A stretch of DNA of 64,000 nt from sequence record PP793740.1; one strand, written 5' to 3'. Position 1 is the stretch's first letter; every line of letters starts with the position of its first letter. Positions 7,435 through 22,465 of the stretch are shown here, piece after piece. The position numbers were made by a program, and so were the translations under genes. The notes under the pieces are model-generated. The model did not search any database and had not been told where the DNA came from. It worked only from the letters and a program-made list of their open reading frames with translations.

Positions 7435-7923
7435 TTAAACCGATGAATCTATCCACGGTGGATAAACAACCACAATCTGGTTAGGCATGTGATTAGACCA
7501 ATCTTCAATGATAGTTCTAACATCAGAGAAATCTAATCCACCATTAGCACACCCTAGAGGTGGTATGATAATTTTCCAATCTGGATGAATACAGTCTTCT
7601 TCATTTTCCGCAGAATCCGATACGTTCTCCATCATCCACTCTAGACCACGTTCAATGAAACTAATTTGAGATGGGTTCCGCCAGTTATCCTTAGTAGGAA
7701 ACATCATGAAACGTTTACCATCGGATGCTTTGTAAATAACCGGATTACCAATAGTAATAATTCTCTTTTTGCAATCGTGTTTGTATCTTTCAAAAAGTTC
7801 AGGATACTTTTCTTTAAACGATTTGGCTAAACCAGCGCCCATGACGCCAACAACATTAACAGTGATTAGATAAAGATCACCAGGTACATTGAATATATCT
7901 TTACCTATAATAAATTCAGCCAT
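7435..7923 (-). CDS. Macrodomain ADP-ribosylhydrolase, DarG/TARG1(Poa1p)-like (phiKZ gp104 position)
   Basis: Motifs N..GVMGAGLA, FPTK..W..PS, PPLGC.NGGLD. Confidence 0.85.
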   Translation of the reverse strand: MAEFIIGKDIFNVPGDLYLITVNVVGVMGAGLAKSFKEKYPELFERYKHDCKKRIITIGNPVIYKASDGKRFMMFPTKDNWRNPSQISFIERGLEWMMENVSDSAENEEDCIHPDWKIIIPPLGCANGGLDFSDVRTIIEDWSNHMPNQIVVVYPPWIDSSV

Positions 7924-8003
7924 GATAATGGCTCCTTCTACAAGAGTACTAATGAGAAGATCAAAACATAGACCTTCTCATTAGATTGGGTGCATTTCCA
8001 GGC

Positions 8004-8396
8004 TTATTGGATTTCTGGATTAGCGTTGTAGAAGCCAATATAAGCCTTATTAAATTTCAAGTAATAATTATACTCTGAAGGCTCACCAGTTATTTCCCTA
8101 AATACCTTAGCAGTTATAACTTCGAACTTAGAACGCCGTAGCATTGGGAATAATTTCTTACTGCGCGATAGCTCACACAATCTAATCGAGATAGCTTGAT
8201 CTTTAAATAAACCTGATTTAGTAAAGAAAGCACCTTCATGAAGCCATTGAATTACTTCATTGAAGTCTGCGCGCCATTTCTTATGCTCATTTAAAGTTTT
8301 ACCATTTATAAGATACCATAAAGCTCTAACTTTAGATCCAATAGTAAAAATACCTATTACCATTACTGCTAGACATATAGCAATTATAAATGACAT
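8004..8396 (-). CDS. Membrane-anchored hypothetical protein (130 aa)
   Basis: Start MSFIIAICLAVMVIGIF after GGAGG. Confidence 0.7.
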   Translation of the reverse strand: MSFIIAICLAVMVIGIFTIGSKVRALWYLINGKTLNEHKKWRADFNEVIQWLHEGAFFTKSGLFKDQAISIRLCELSRSKKLFPMLRRSKFEVITAKVFREITGEPSEYNYYLKFNKAYIGFYNANPEIQ

Positions 8397-8404
8397 ATGT
8401 CCTC

Positions 8405-8530
8405 CTAAATACCATTGAAGATTAAAGTTCCTATTAGTGAGAGAATGAATAACACGACCACATGATGAAGTTTTATCCATGTTTCAGGTACTACCGGTTG
8501 TTTAGGTTTATTTAAAGGGATGTTTTCCAT
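8405..8530 (-). CDS. 41-aa single-pass membrane micropeptide (not in the ORF track)
   Basis: Hand translation MENIPLNKPKQPVVPETWIKLHHVVVLFILSLIGTLIFNGI; GGAG RBS; directly after an early promoter. Confidence 0.6.
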   Translation of the reverse strand: MENIPLNKPKQPVVPETWIKLHHVVVLFILSLIGTLIFNGI

Positions 8531-8557
8531 GTATATACTCCACATTAGTTCATATGT

Positions 8558-8565
8558 GTAATATA
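8558..8565 (-). promoter_or_regulatory. phiKZ-type early promoter
   Basis: TTAAACAG-TATATTAC on the - strand. Confidence 0.7.
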
Positions 8566-8569
8566 CTGT

Positions 8570-8992
8570 TTAAGATCTTTCAAATACACCTTTCCAATTA
8601 GTAGGTCTTGGATAGGACCTAGGTAGTGATTCAGAATGTATAATGAATCCCTCGATATCCCCTTCTTTTGTTTTAACAGCAACTATATCTTTGATAATAC
8701 CTTTTATTTGTAATAAGCTATTCATAATCTCACGATAGAGTTGATCAAATCTATTTGCAATGATATTAGGATTTATTGGATAACCACAAATTGATTTATA
8801 GAAACTACACATTACATCATTGTATCTATCTGGAACACATGTCCAAAAGAAATTATGTCGTTCTTTAATATAAAGAATGATCAAGTAGTTAAGATCATCT
8901 TCATCTTTTGCGGTATAATTAAAGTATTGTTTTAATTCAGAAAAGAATTGTTGTGACCACCTCACATCAACTCGTATAAATAGTTGTTCCAT
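8570..8992 (-). CDS. Hypothetical protein (phiKZ gp102-like)
   Basis: Start moved to MEQLF, downstream of the hairpin. Confidence 0.7.
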   Translation of the reverse strand: MEQLFIRVDVRWSQQFFSELKQYFNYTAKDEDDLNYLIILYIKERHNFFWTCVPDRYNDVMCSFYKSICGYPINPNIIANRFDQLYREIMNSLLQIKGIIKDIVAVKTKEGDIEGFIIHSESLPRSYPRPTNWKGVFERS

Positions 8993-9008
8993 AATACACC
9001 TAAATAAA

Positions 9009-10982
<1,974 letters not shown>

Positions 10983-10986
10983 GGTA

Positions 10987-14042
<3,056 letters not shown>

Positions 14043-14077
14043 TTAAGATCATAAGATCATGGTCTAACAGCATAAAA

Positions 14078-14096
14078 GGGAGCCATGAAGGCTCCC
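14078..14096. terminator. Hairpin flanked by CATAA and TTATG
   Basis: GGGAGCC-ATGAA-GGCTCCC. Confidence 0.7.
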
Positions 14097-14107
14097 CGTT
14101 ATGTTTG

Positions 14108-16558
14108 TTACTTAATGGCACGATTCACAGCAGTGTTAATTGCATTGGTAAGAGCTACAATGTAATCAACTAGAACGGTGTGGTTTTCAGCCGATTGGCC
14201 AACAACTTCCCATACTGCACTAGCTAGTTGCCGGACTTTCTTTTTACCGGCTTTACTATCCATGCTAGCCACTTTAGAGATATCACGGTTAGCTTGGTCA
14301 AGACGACGTACACCGCGGTTACCGCTAACTTTTAGAGAGGCATTACCAAGACCAATTAGAACTTTAGAAAGTTTCATTAGTTCAGTAACGTCCTTACGGC
14401 TAACTTTAGCAGTAGCAGTACCGGTAGCACCCCATTCACCAGTTGGAAGTGCAATAGCAGCTAATCGTTCAATATCTTTACTAGTGCGACCAGTTACATC
14501 ACGGCCAGACTTCTCGAAGGTAAAACTACCTTCTAGTTTTCCACTGATAAATGAACTCTCAGGATATTTCTTAACAGGTACTTCTAATTTAGTTGCTTCT
14601 TCTAGAGCCTTATCAATAGCTTCTTCACTATCAGCTTCAATAGCAGTTGATAGGTGACCAACTAAACGTTCGATGTATTCACCATCGATTTTGAAGCATT
14701 TGTTAATAATATCGCTAATACGACGAACTTCTCCAGCAACACCGCGTACTAGATTATCATCACCTTTTAGAATACCATTAATTTTGATTTCTTTATTTTC
14801 AAAATTATCAGTATCTTTAAGCTTAACTAGAAGTTGGTCAGCTTTAGTATTAGCTGCGGCTAGTTCTTTTTGGTTAGCTTTAACATGGATGGATGCATTT
14901 GCACCTTCAGCAATGTTGTCGATAATATTTCGAACAAACTTACCAATAGTGCTATTAAATGATTCTAGCGAAGTAACCATCGCCTTATAGTAATCTTCTA
15001 GATTACCATAACCATAATCTTCCATTGCTGGAACACCAGGTGAATAGACATCAAAGGCGTTATGCAGGCGTTCTAAACAGCTATTAGCATGTACGATGAA
15101 CTGAGGACTATATTGCTTATGTTCTAGGCCATAATGTAGAATCTCAAGCATGGATTCATTTGATGCCTGCTCTTCAAGTAATTGACCAATGGTTTTCTTA
15201 CCATCTTCAATGTCATCTTCAAGCTTATCGGCTTCTTCAACTGCCTCATCAGCAGTCTCGTCAGCTTCTTCAACATCATCTTCAGTTACTTCTACGTCAA
15301 CATCCGGGATGTCAATTTCACCTTCAGCTAACTTTTCTTCGATGTCATCTTCTGAAACGTCATCATCTGTTTCTGCAACAATTGTTTCACTGTCGTCTTC
15401 AACAGCACCTTCTTCAATTGTTGGTTCGGAAATAGTAGATGCCGTTTCGGTTTCAGCAACTGTTTCTTCAGTTTCAGCTTCATTGATTAATACATCAGTA
15501 GAATCACTGTCATCATTAGTTAATTCTTCTTCAGCTTCATCCCGAACTTCTTCCAATTCGCTTAAGCCTTCTTCAGCTACTTCTGCTGTTTCGGCAGCTT
15601 CTTCTACAATTGGATCAGTTACAGCTACTTCTTCATCAACTGCTACGATTTCATCTGGTTCAGCTTCAGCAGGAACACTTTCAGATTCCGCCTCTACTAC
15701 TTCAGCTACTTCACTATCAGTTGTATCCGGCGTATCTTCTACGGTTTCAACAACTTCTGTTTCAGCATCAGCTACAGCTGGTTCAGTAATTTCGACTTCT
15801 TCTGTTTCAGTGATCTCTGTCTCAGGTTCATCATTGGAACTTTCATCAGCAGTTGTTTGCTCAGCACCGGCTTCTTCAGGAGTTACATCGTCATCAATAC
15901 CAGGGACTGCTTCACTTACAACTTCACCAGCATCTAACACTTCATCTGGTAGTGTATCCATGGTTGATGAAACAGGTTCATCACCAGCTGGAAGTTCCTC
16001 AGATAGTGGTGCAGGCGGTGGAGTTTCGTCACCAAGTGGGGTTTCTTCAGTGGGGGTTAATTCCACTGCTGTTTCACCAGGTGCTTCTGCAACAGGTACT
16101 AGTTCAGTATCATCAGCCGCATCTTGTGCAGCTTCAATAATTTCAGTGGTTGAATCTAAAACCTCTTTACCGCCTTCAGAAATTGTACCGATTTCTTCAG
16201 CGATTTCAGCTTCAGCAACTTTAACTGCTTCTTCGCCTTCTTCGACACTAGTGGTAGCTAGCGGTTCAGGAATACTTTCCTCAACAACAGTTTCTTCTGG
16301 TACAACTTCTTCAACAATTACTGCTGACTTATCAGCAGCATGTGCTGTTTCTTCATGTTCTTCAGCAGAGATAATATCAGTATCTGTTTTAACAGTTTCA
16401 TTCTCAATAGTTGCAGATGCATCATTATCTTTCTTTAAATCTTGAACTAGTTCATGATCATCTTTAACAGATGTCTCGACTTTGGATACATCCTGTTCCA
16501 CAGCCGTACCATCTTGGTTCTCAAGGCTGGCTACATATTTGTGAATATTTACCATCAT
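14108..16558 (-). CDS. Internal head (inner body/ejection) protein with long acidic propeptide (phiKZ gp97-like)
   Basis: About 500 aa rich in E/D/T/A, then an SLES protease site and a compact C-terminal domain. Confidence 0.8.
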   Translation of the reverse strand: MMVNIHKYVASLENQDGTAVEQDVSKVETSVKDDHELVQDLKKDNDASATIENETVKTDTDIISAEEHEETAHAADKSAVIVEEVVPEETVVEESIPEPLATTSVEEGEEAVKVAEAEIAEEIGTISEGGKEVLDSTTEIIEAAQDAADDTELVPVAEAPGETAVELTPTEETPLGDETPPPAPLSEELPAGDEPVSSTMDTLPDEVLDAGEVVSEAVPGIDDDVTPEEAGAEQTTADESSNDEPETEITETEEVEITEPAVADAETEVVETVEDTPDTTDSEVAEVVEAESESVPAEAEPDEIVAVDEEVAVTDPIVEEAAETAEVAEEGLSELEEVRDEAEEELTNDDSDSTDVLINEAETEETVAETETASTISEPTIEEGAVEDDSETIVAETDDDVSEDDIEEKLAEGEIDIPDVDVEVTEDDVEEADETADEAVEEADKLEDDIEDGKKTIGQLLEEQASNESMLEILHYGLEHKQYSPQFIVHANSCLERLHNAFDVYSPGVPAMEDYGYGNLEDYYKAMVTSLESFNSTIGKFVRNIIDNIAEGANASIHVKANQKELAAANTKADQLLVKLKDTDNFENKEIKINGILKGDDNLVRGVAGEVRRISDIINKCFKIDGEYIERLVGHLSTAIEADSEEAIDKALEEATKLEVPVKKYPESSFISGKLEGSFTFEKSGRDVTGRTSKDIERLAAIALPTGEWGATGTATAKVSRKDVTELMKLSKVLIGLGNASLKVSGNRGVRRLDQANRDISKVASMDSKAGKKKVRQLASAVWEVVGQSAENHTVLVDYIVALTNAINTAVNRAIK

Positions 16559-16657
16559 GTTAATATACCTTCTGTACAGAGTTTATGAGTTATGCTATTC
16601 GTCTTAGTCATAACTCCAAGCGACGAACGTTAACATTCAAAATATTGCGCTGGAATC

Positions 16658-17773
16658 TTACTTTAGATTTTCATCGCATACATTGAGTATGGCAGTCAAA
16701 TTACGACATGTTAATTTAAATAGGTCGTGATAAGGAATAGCCAACCAATCAACATATGTTTCTACCAATGAAACAAGTTCTTGTATTTCTCTATCAGGTC
16801 GCCCTTCATTACGAGCACGTGTTAGTTCATCTCTAAACCTGATTAATGCACCTTTAAGAGTCCTTAACCGTTCATTTCGACGAGTACGCATTGATGCAGC
16901 ATTTGCACGATTGATCTTATCAACTACCTTAACAACTCGATCAATAATACTTTCAGTAACTTGATGGTTGAAATGTTCAAATTCTATTTCGACTGGTAGT
17001 GGTCTAGGGGTTTCTTCAGATGGAACTAACCGTGAAGAAATATCCCTACACTGATCATAAGCACTTGCATTCTTATCGGGATTATAGTTAATTACAATTT
17101 GATGATTACCTAGCAAATGCAATGATACAAATCGATTACCTTGATCGCGATAAACAGATGGTGTGGTTATTTTAGTTGGGGCACTATTTAATAGTAGTTC
17201 TGCTAAAGCATCTGGACTAGCATTTGGATTCATATACGAAGGTATGATATTAGCTGGCCTTAGAATCACATTGTCTAATCCATTGATATACCCATCAACT
17301 ACTGTCTCCAATACGCGTAAGTGAGATAACAAATTAGCACTATTGGTAATAGGTTTATATCTAACACTTAAGTTCTGAATACGAGTTGTAATTAGAAATG
17401 TAGGATTCTTATTTTTACGAGTTCTAGCACGACTGTTAACTCGTAAGTTTTCTGCTCGAATTGCAACATATTCAGCAGTAGCTGCTAGCACTACTCCACT
17501 ATCCATCAGTTTCTCAATAGTGGTAACAAATAGTTTTATAACTCGATCAATAACATGTTTAATAGTATCACTAATATCTTCAGTAGATACAACATCCTCT
17601 AATTCTTTGATAACCCCTTGGATCTGATTATAATCTTCCATACCGCCTAATAGATCCATCACTCGCCTAGCTAACGCTTCATCGCCTGATAATAAATCTG
17701 CAAGTCTTTTAGGTTCATCAAGATCAATAATCATTTCATCTGGAGTATCTTTATAAATATCAATTAATTCCAT
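16658..17773 (-). CDS. Internal head protein (phiKZ gp96-like)
   Basis: 371 aa; VSTED cleavage motif; synteny. Confidence 0.75.
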   Translation of the reverse strand: MELIDIYKDTPDEMIIDLDEPKRLADLLSGDEALARRVMDLLGGMEDYNQIQGVIKELEDVVSTEDISDTIKHVIDRVIKLFVTTIEKLMDSGVVLAATAEYVAIRAENLRVNSRARTRKNKNPTFLITTRIQNLSVRYKPITNSANLLSHLRVLETVVDGYINGLDNVILRPANIIPSYMNPNASPDALAELLLNSAPTKITTPSVYRDQGNRFVSLHLLGNHQIVINYNPDKNASAYDQCRDISSRLVPSEETPRPLPVEIEFEHFNHQVTESIIDRVVKVVDKINRANAASMRTRRNERLRTLKGALIRFRDELTRARNEGRPDREIQELVSLVETYVDWLAIPYHDLFKLTCRNLTAILNVCDENLK

Positions 17774-17834
17774 TGCTAACTCCTAACATAAGACGGGACT
17801 CTTCCGAGCCCCGTCGATATGTCGTCACTTATCA

Positions 17835-19478
17835 TTATTCTGCTTGGAATTTAGTGTTAATTACACTATTATAAAGTCCAGTTGCAGTATTTGCGTAACG
17901 CATTGCTTCACGAATAATGGAGTCATGTTTAGGTGCACTATCTGTAATAATAGATGCTACCTTACGTGATACTTCTTCGATCTGTTCTTTAGAAACATCG
18001 TCGATTTTATCACTCTCTAGTTTCCGTGAAAGTTGATCAACATCATCTTCAAGTTGCTTAATGGCTTTAACAATATTCCGACCGCCAGTGATAACATCAG
18101 CTGCATCATCAACCAGATTACGTAGAGCTACCGCTTCTTTCTTAGCTTGACTCTTATCAAAGTTCTTTAAAGTCACTTCAGTGCCAGGTTCTGCGGCTGT
18201 CTCATCATCCGTTAGATATACTTGAGTAGCAGTCGTAGTTACAAGCTTATTACCCGGTAAAGTGTTAGATGTACTAGCGTAGTGTTTGAGAGGTCCATCT
18301 TGAAGTTTGTCCATCTTCTCAACTAGTTCACTAGCATCATTACGCTCTGGATCCCAAGCTTTAAGCACAGTACCAATATTCGTTAGGTAGGTAGCATAGT
18401 CTTTTGCATATACAGATGCCATCCATTTAACGATAGGGCCATATCCAACGTTAGCTGAAGGCTGAATGAATTTACCATTAGCAAATACGGGTCCACCATT
18501 TTTAACAGGAACCGTTAATTCACTGGGTATATTTTCAAACTTAGCATTTTGGATAGCTAAAATGAGTTCATCAACTTTTACACTCACACGCGGTACACTA
18601 TTCTTAAGACTATCCCATACGTGGCTAATAATTTCACGTAGTTTAGCAATAGCTTTCTTGATATAAGCAAGCGCCTTACGACTTAACTCTTTAATATCCT
18701 CAGTTGAAATCTTAACTGGATATAAATGACTTTTACCACCAGTCGTATAGTTTTCTAATGAGCTAGTTAAAGTATTATCACCAAGTACATGACGATGTGG
18801 TAAGAGTGCAGAATGAATAAATGCAGCTGTACTTTGACTGATACCATTAATACCAGCTTGTCGAACAAGAGCTTTAATCGACTCTAGGGCATATGCGGTA
18901 TTTAGACCTTGATTAATATCTTGCACTGCTGTAGTAACTACTTGTGCATTACCAATGTCCATGAAATCAGTAGGTTTATCCATATCCACTGCAACAGCGA
19001 TCTGTGGCACCACGCCATTATGCGCTAGTGGAATAGAACTATCTTTGGCAGCCTGATCAGCGATTTGCTGAGTTACTGTTTCACCACCTTGTGGTTCCTC
19101 TCCTTCGGCACCTGCTGGAATAACTGTTTCAACAGCAATATTAGGTTGTTCAGGAATAGGGGGTACTTCTGTTACTACATCTGTTTCAACTACGGTAACT
19201 GGTACAGCTGGTTGTTCAACTAGAGTAGCAGCTGGAGTCTCAACAATAACGCCATTATTAGGAGTATTAACAATAGTGGTATCTGCATCCACTGGTGCAG
19301 TTGGTGTTACACCAACATTATTGTCAGTCACATCTTGAATAGTATTTTCAGGTACAGCGTCTTCAGAAATACAATCGCCACTAGTCATGGCTGCTACTTT
19401 ATCAACTGCTGTTTCAGGAATAGGTACCTCAGTATAGTCTTCTAGACTATCTAGATACTCATTGAGTTTAAATGTCAT
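17835..19478 (-). CDS. Internal head protein, gp93/94/95 paralogue family (gp95-like)
   Basis: 547 aa; ALES, SLEN and ISTED motifs; G.GIS.QSAAF.H family signature. Confidence 0.8.
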   Translation of the reverse strand: MTFKLNEYLDSLEDYTEVPIPETAVDKVAAMTSGDCISEDAVPENTIQDVTDNNVGVTPTAPVDADTTIVNTPNNGVIVETPAATLVEQPAVPVTVVETDVVTEVPPIPEQPNIAVETVIPAGAEGEEPQGGETVTQQIADQAAKDSSIPLAHNGVVPQIAVAVDMDKPTDFMDIGNAQVVTTAVQDINQGLNTAYALESIKALVRQAGINGISQSTAAFIHSALLPHRHVLGDNTLTSSLENYTTGGKSHLYPVKISTEDIKELSRKALAYIKKAIAKLREIISHVWDSLKNSVPRVSVKVDELILAIQNAKFENIPSELTVPVKNGGPVFANGKFIQPSANVGYGPIVKWMASVYAKDYATYLTNIGTVLKAWDPERNDASELVEKMDKLQDGPLKHYASTSNTLPGNKLVTTTATQVYLTDDETAAEPGTEVTLKNFDKSQAKKEAVALRNLVDDAADVITGGRNIVKAIKQLEDDVDQLSRKLESDKIDDVSKEQIEEVSRKVASIITDSAPKHDSIIREAMRYANTATGLYNSVINTKFQAE

Positions 19479-19565
19479 GTTATTTCCTCAAGGAATTTCT
19501 TTGCGCGCGTTTAACAATAAACCATAGAATTAGGTACTTAGATAAAAATGAACACTTAGATATAT

Positions 19566-21083
19566 TTATTGGCCATATCTTTCTAATTCCATATTACAAA
19601 CAGCATTTCGTTGCTTTGCAATACGTAATAGGTAACTAATTAGTGTTGCGTATTCTGGTGACATATCGGTAATAAAGCCATTAACTAAAGATATAATCTC
19701 ATTTGCATCATCACGAGCACCTTTCCAAATAGCTTTAGACCTACGTAGCTCCATGTCCTCAATGCCCTGTGCAACCTTCTTCAGTTGTTCAAGGACATCT
19801 TTTTCAGCTTTAAATAGATCACCTAAACGACGAATAGCTTCTTTATTAACTTCTAATGTTTTACGCACTTCAACAGGCGGCCTTGGCTCGATCGTGATTG
19901 TATCTGGACCATCACCATGTTTATCTTCACCAAGTCGTGGAGCATATTTATCTTTCTGGAATATAAGTTTACTATTACCAGGTAGAGAAGTATCTTTTAC
20001 TTTATTTAACTGATTAGCTTCACCAATAAATTCAAAAGCCTCTTTAAACTTATCTAGTTCATTATCTTCTAAGTCGTAGTCTTTAATTAATTTAACTACT
20101 TTATCAATGTTTGATCTAGCTATATTTGGCCATTCTTTAGCTAGAAATTGACTAACTTTTGTTTCATTAGTTAAATCGTCTAAAACAAATTCATCACCAA
20201 TGAATAACATTTTAGGATTGTCAATTTTAATTGACATATCAAAATCAGGTGTTACCCTTTCATTTGATACAGTTGGCTTATTGATTAAACTTTTCGCTTT
20301 TTCAATTAACTCATCAGTTTTATCTTCAACTGATTTGATTCCAGTTAGTACACGCTGTGCCGCTACTTTAGCTTGTTCAATAACATGGACTATTAAAGCA
20401 AGTATCTTTTTACCTATACTTTCAATACGTTCTTTTATTTCTTCTTGAGAAATATTTACAAAACGCATAGCGCTGCTAGGGGTTGCATTAAAATCTTCAA
20501 TACTAATCTTTTCAAAGCCGATAAGCTTATCAATTGATTCTAATGTAACGTGCATAAAAGCAGCTGATTGTTTAGTAATACCTCTATCACCAGCGGTATT
20601 TAATAAATCTATAAAACATTCTAAACTAGTACGCGCATGCAGTAATTGATTTAGCTGATATGTCATGTTTTGAGATGGAGGTGTATCATACGCAAAGATA
20701 TTTAAATGATCATCATCACTATCTAAATCTTTACCATCCACTGGTGTAGGTCTATTATCAGGACTTTCTCGGGTATCATGGGGTGATGCTGGATATTCTT
20801 CTGATGCGACGTATGTTTTACCAAATGAATCAACTTCAGTAACTAAACCACGATCTGATTTCCAATGGATATTAGGTTTATGTGCTTCTTCAACATCTAA
20901 CCCATTATTAGTTGCTTTTACATCATTTGGTAATTCATCAATTAATTTGGCAGCTTCTTCTGGTTCTTTAGATATTTGCTTGTCGTCTGTAGCAGCGTGC
21001 TTTAGTTTGGCTTTCGCGACTTTTTCTTTTACTTCGACAACACCATAACCTTCTAAACTATCAAGTAACTTATTTAAGTTCAT
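19566..21083 (-). CDS. Internal head protein (gp94-like)
   Basis: 505 aa; GITKQSAAFMHV, SIED and SQEE motifs. Confidence 0.8.
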   Translation of the reverse strand: MNLNKLLDSLEGYGVVEVKEKVAKAKLKHAATDDKQISKEPEEAAKLIDELPNDVKATNNGLDVEEAHKPNIHWKSDRGLVTEVDSFGKTYVASEEYPASPHDTRESPDNRPTPVDGKDLDSDDDHLNIFAYDTPPSQNMTYQLNQLLHARTSLECFIDLLNTAGDRGITKQSAAFMHVTLESIDKLIGFEKISIEDFNATPSSAMRFVNISQEEIKERIESIGKKILALIVHVIEQAKVAAQRVLTGIKSVEDKTDELIEKAKSLINKPTVSNERVTPDFDMSIKIDNPKMLFIGDEFVLDDLTNETKVSQFLAKEWPNIARSNIDKVVKLIKDYDLEDNELDKFKEAFEFIGEANQLNKVKDTSLPGNSKLIFQKDKYAPRLGEDKHGDGPDTITIEPRPPVEVRKTLEVNKEAIRRLGDLFKAEKDVLEQLKKVAQGIEDMELRRSKAIWKGARDDANEIISLVNGFITDMSPEYATLISYLLRIAKQRNAVCNMELERYGQ

Positions 21084-21120
21084 TTACAATTCCTCAAGAA
21101 TACTTAATTACATAGCATAA

Positions 21121-21142
21121 GAGGAACCCCGAAGGGTTCCTC
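21121..21142. terminator. Hairpin flanked by CATAA and TTATG
   Basis: GAGGAACCC-CGAA-GGGTTCCTC. Confidence 0.7.
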
Positions 21143-21152
21143 ATTATGTTTG

Positions 21153-22460
21153 TTACTTCTCATCATTCTCAGATGCTTTAGAAGTTTCTTTGCCATATGC
21201 AGCTAGTTCATATTTAACAATAAATGTATATTGCGCAGCGATACATTTAGCAATATAGTTAACTAGTGCACTATTGTCAATGCCACCAATATTCAGTGCA
21301 TCACGCGCTGTTTCTTTTGACATGCCTGCTTCGTCAGGATTCCAATCAGCTAGGGCCTTTTCAAGATTCTCAGCAATCTTGTAATCAATCTTATTAAAGT
21401 CCTGTAGTTTAATAACAAGACCTTTAAGAATATTAAGATGTGCTAAGATTTTACTCGGTGCACGGACATCAACTTCAACTTCATGTAGATCCGTTTCCCC
21501 ATCACCCTCAACAACTTCCCACTTATTCACACCCGACTTAGAAGAAGTAACTTCTAACTTAACATTACCAGGAGCTTTCTCAACGGCTTTATTAATATCT
21601 TCAGCCATCTTAGCTTGTAAATCACTGGTGACTTGATCAATATCAATAGACTTGTCACCTTTGAGATAACGTACTCCAAGTTCGCCATATTTCCTAAGAG
21701 CAGATACATACTGAGTTGAGAATACAGTCATGAAGTCTGCAATAGTCTTCGGATTATTTGCAATAAAGCCACTACTAGATACCATATACTCAGAAGGAGT
21801 GAACTTAATTTCTTCTTTCTTTAGATCACCGGCTTTGAGTGATTTAATAGCATCAATAGTTTTAGTAATACGCATATCGAGTGCAATCAGCTTAGGATTA
21901 AAATCTTTAATCTTCTGCTTTATCATTGCAACAATCTTCTTGATAATCTCTAAAGCTTTCTTACCTGCTTCTTTTAGTTTCTCTTTGAGATCCTCAAGAG
22001 AGATAACTGCTGCTTTCTGAATAGCGCTGCGTGGAGAAGCATCGTAATTCTCAAGCGCGGCAGTGAGTCCAGATTTTTCAATACCTAGGATACGATCGAT
22101 TGATTCCATGCCAACATGCATGAAGGCAGCTGCTTGACGAGAGATACCATCTTCACCAGCTTGAAGTAAAAGACCTTGGAACTTTTCAAGTGCTTCTTTA
22201 GCATCTTCAATTAGCCCTAATTCATCTTCAGCTTGAACAATAGTTACTTCAGTATCTAATGCAGTTGGTTGAATAGCATCATCTGCATCAAGAACTTCTT
22301 CTACGGGATTATTTTCAATCTGATCTACTTCTGCTAAAACGGATGATACATCAGCAGAAGTTTTATTTTCAACGACTAATTCAACATCACCATGAATCGT
22401 AGTGCCTTGATCTTCAATTGATTCAAGTGATAGTTTGTCTAGCATTTTAAGTAGAGACAT
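21153..22460 (-). CDS. Internal head protein (gp93-like)
   Basis: 435 aa; GISRQAAAFMHV, ALEN and ISLED motifs. Confidence 0.8.
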   Translation of the reverse strand: MSLLKMLDKLSLESIEDQGTTIHGDVELVVENKTSADVSSVLAEVDQIENNPVEEVLDADDAIQPTALDTEVTIVQAEDELGLIEDAKEALEKFQGLLLQAGEDGISRQAAAFMHVGMESIDRILGIEKSGLTAALENYDASPRSAIQKAAVISLEDLKEKLKEAGKKALEIIKKIVAMIKQKIKDFNPKLIALDMRITKTIDAIKSLKAGDLKKEEIKFTPSEYMVSSSGFIANNPKTIADFMTVFSTQYVSALRKYGELGVRYLKGDKSIDIDQVTSDLQAKMAEDINKAVEKAPGNVKLEVTSSKSGVNKWEVVEGDGETDLHEVEVDVRAPSKILAHLNILKGLVIKLQDFNKIDYKIAENLEKALADWNPDEAGMSKETARDALNIGGIDNSALVNYIAKCIAAQYTFIVKYELAAYGKETSKASENDEK

Positions 22461-22465
22461 GTTAA

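Noticed and set aside
14178-14990. + strand ORFs of 159 and 105 aa, and similar short ORFs antisense to or inside long genes across the window
   Set aside because: They lie fully within well-supported genes and are best explained as shadow frames.
15189-16445. 418-aa Ser/Thr-rich ORF on the + strand
   Set aside because: It is the antisense shadow of the Glu-rich gp97 codons (GAA reads as TTC/TCT); no RBS and no independent signal.
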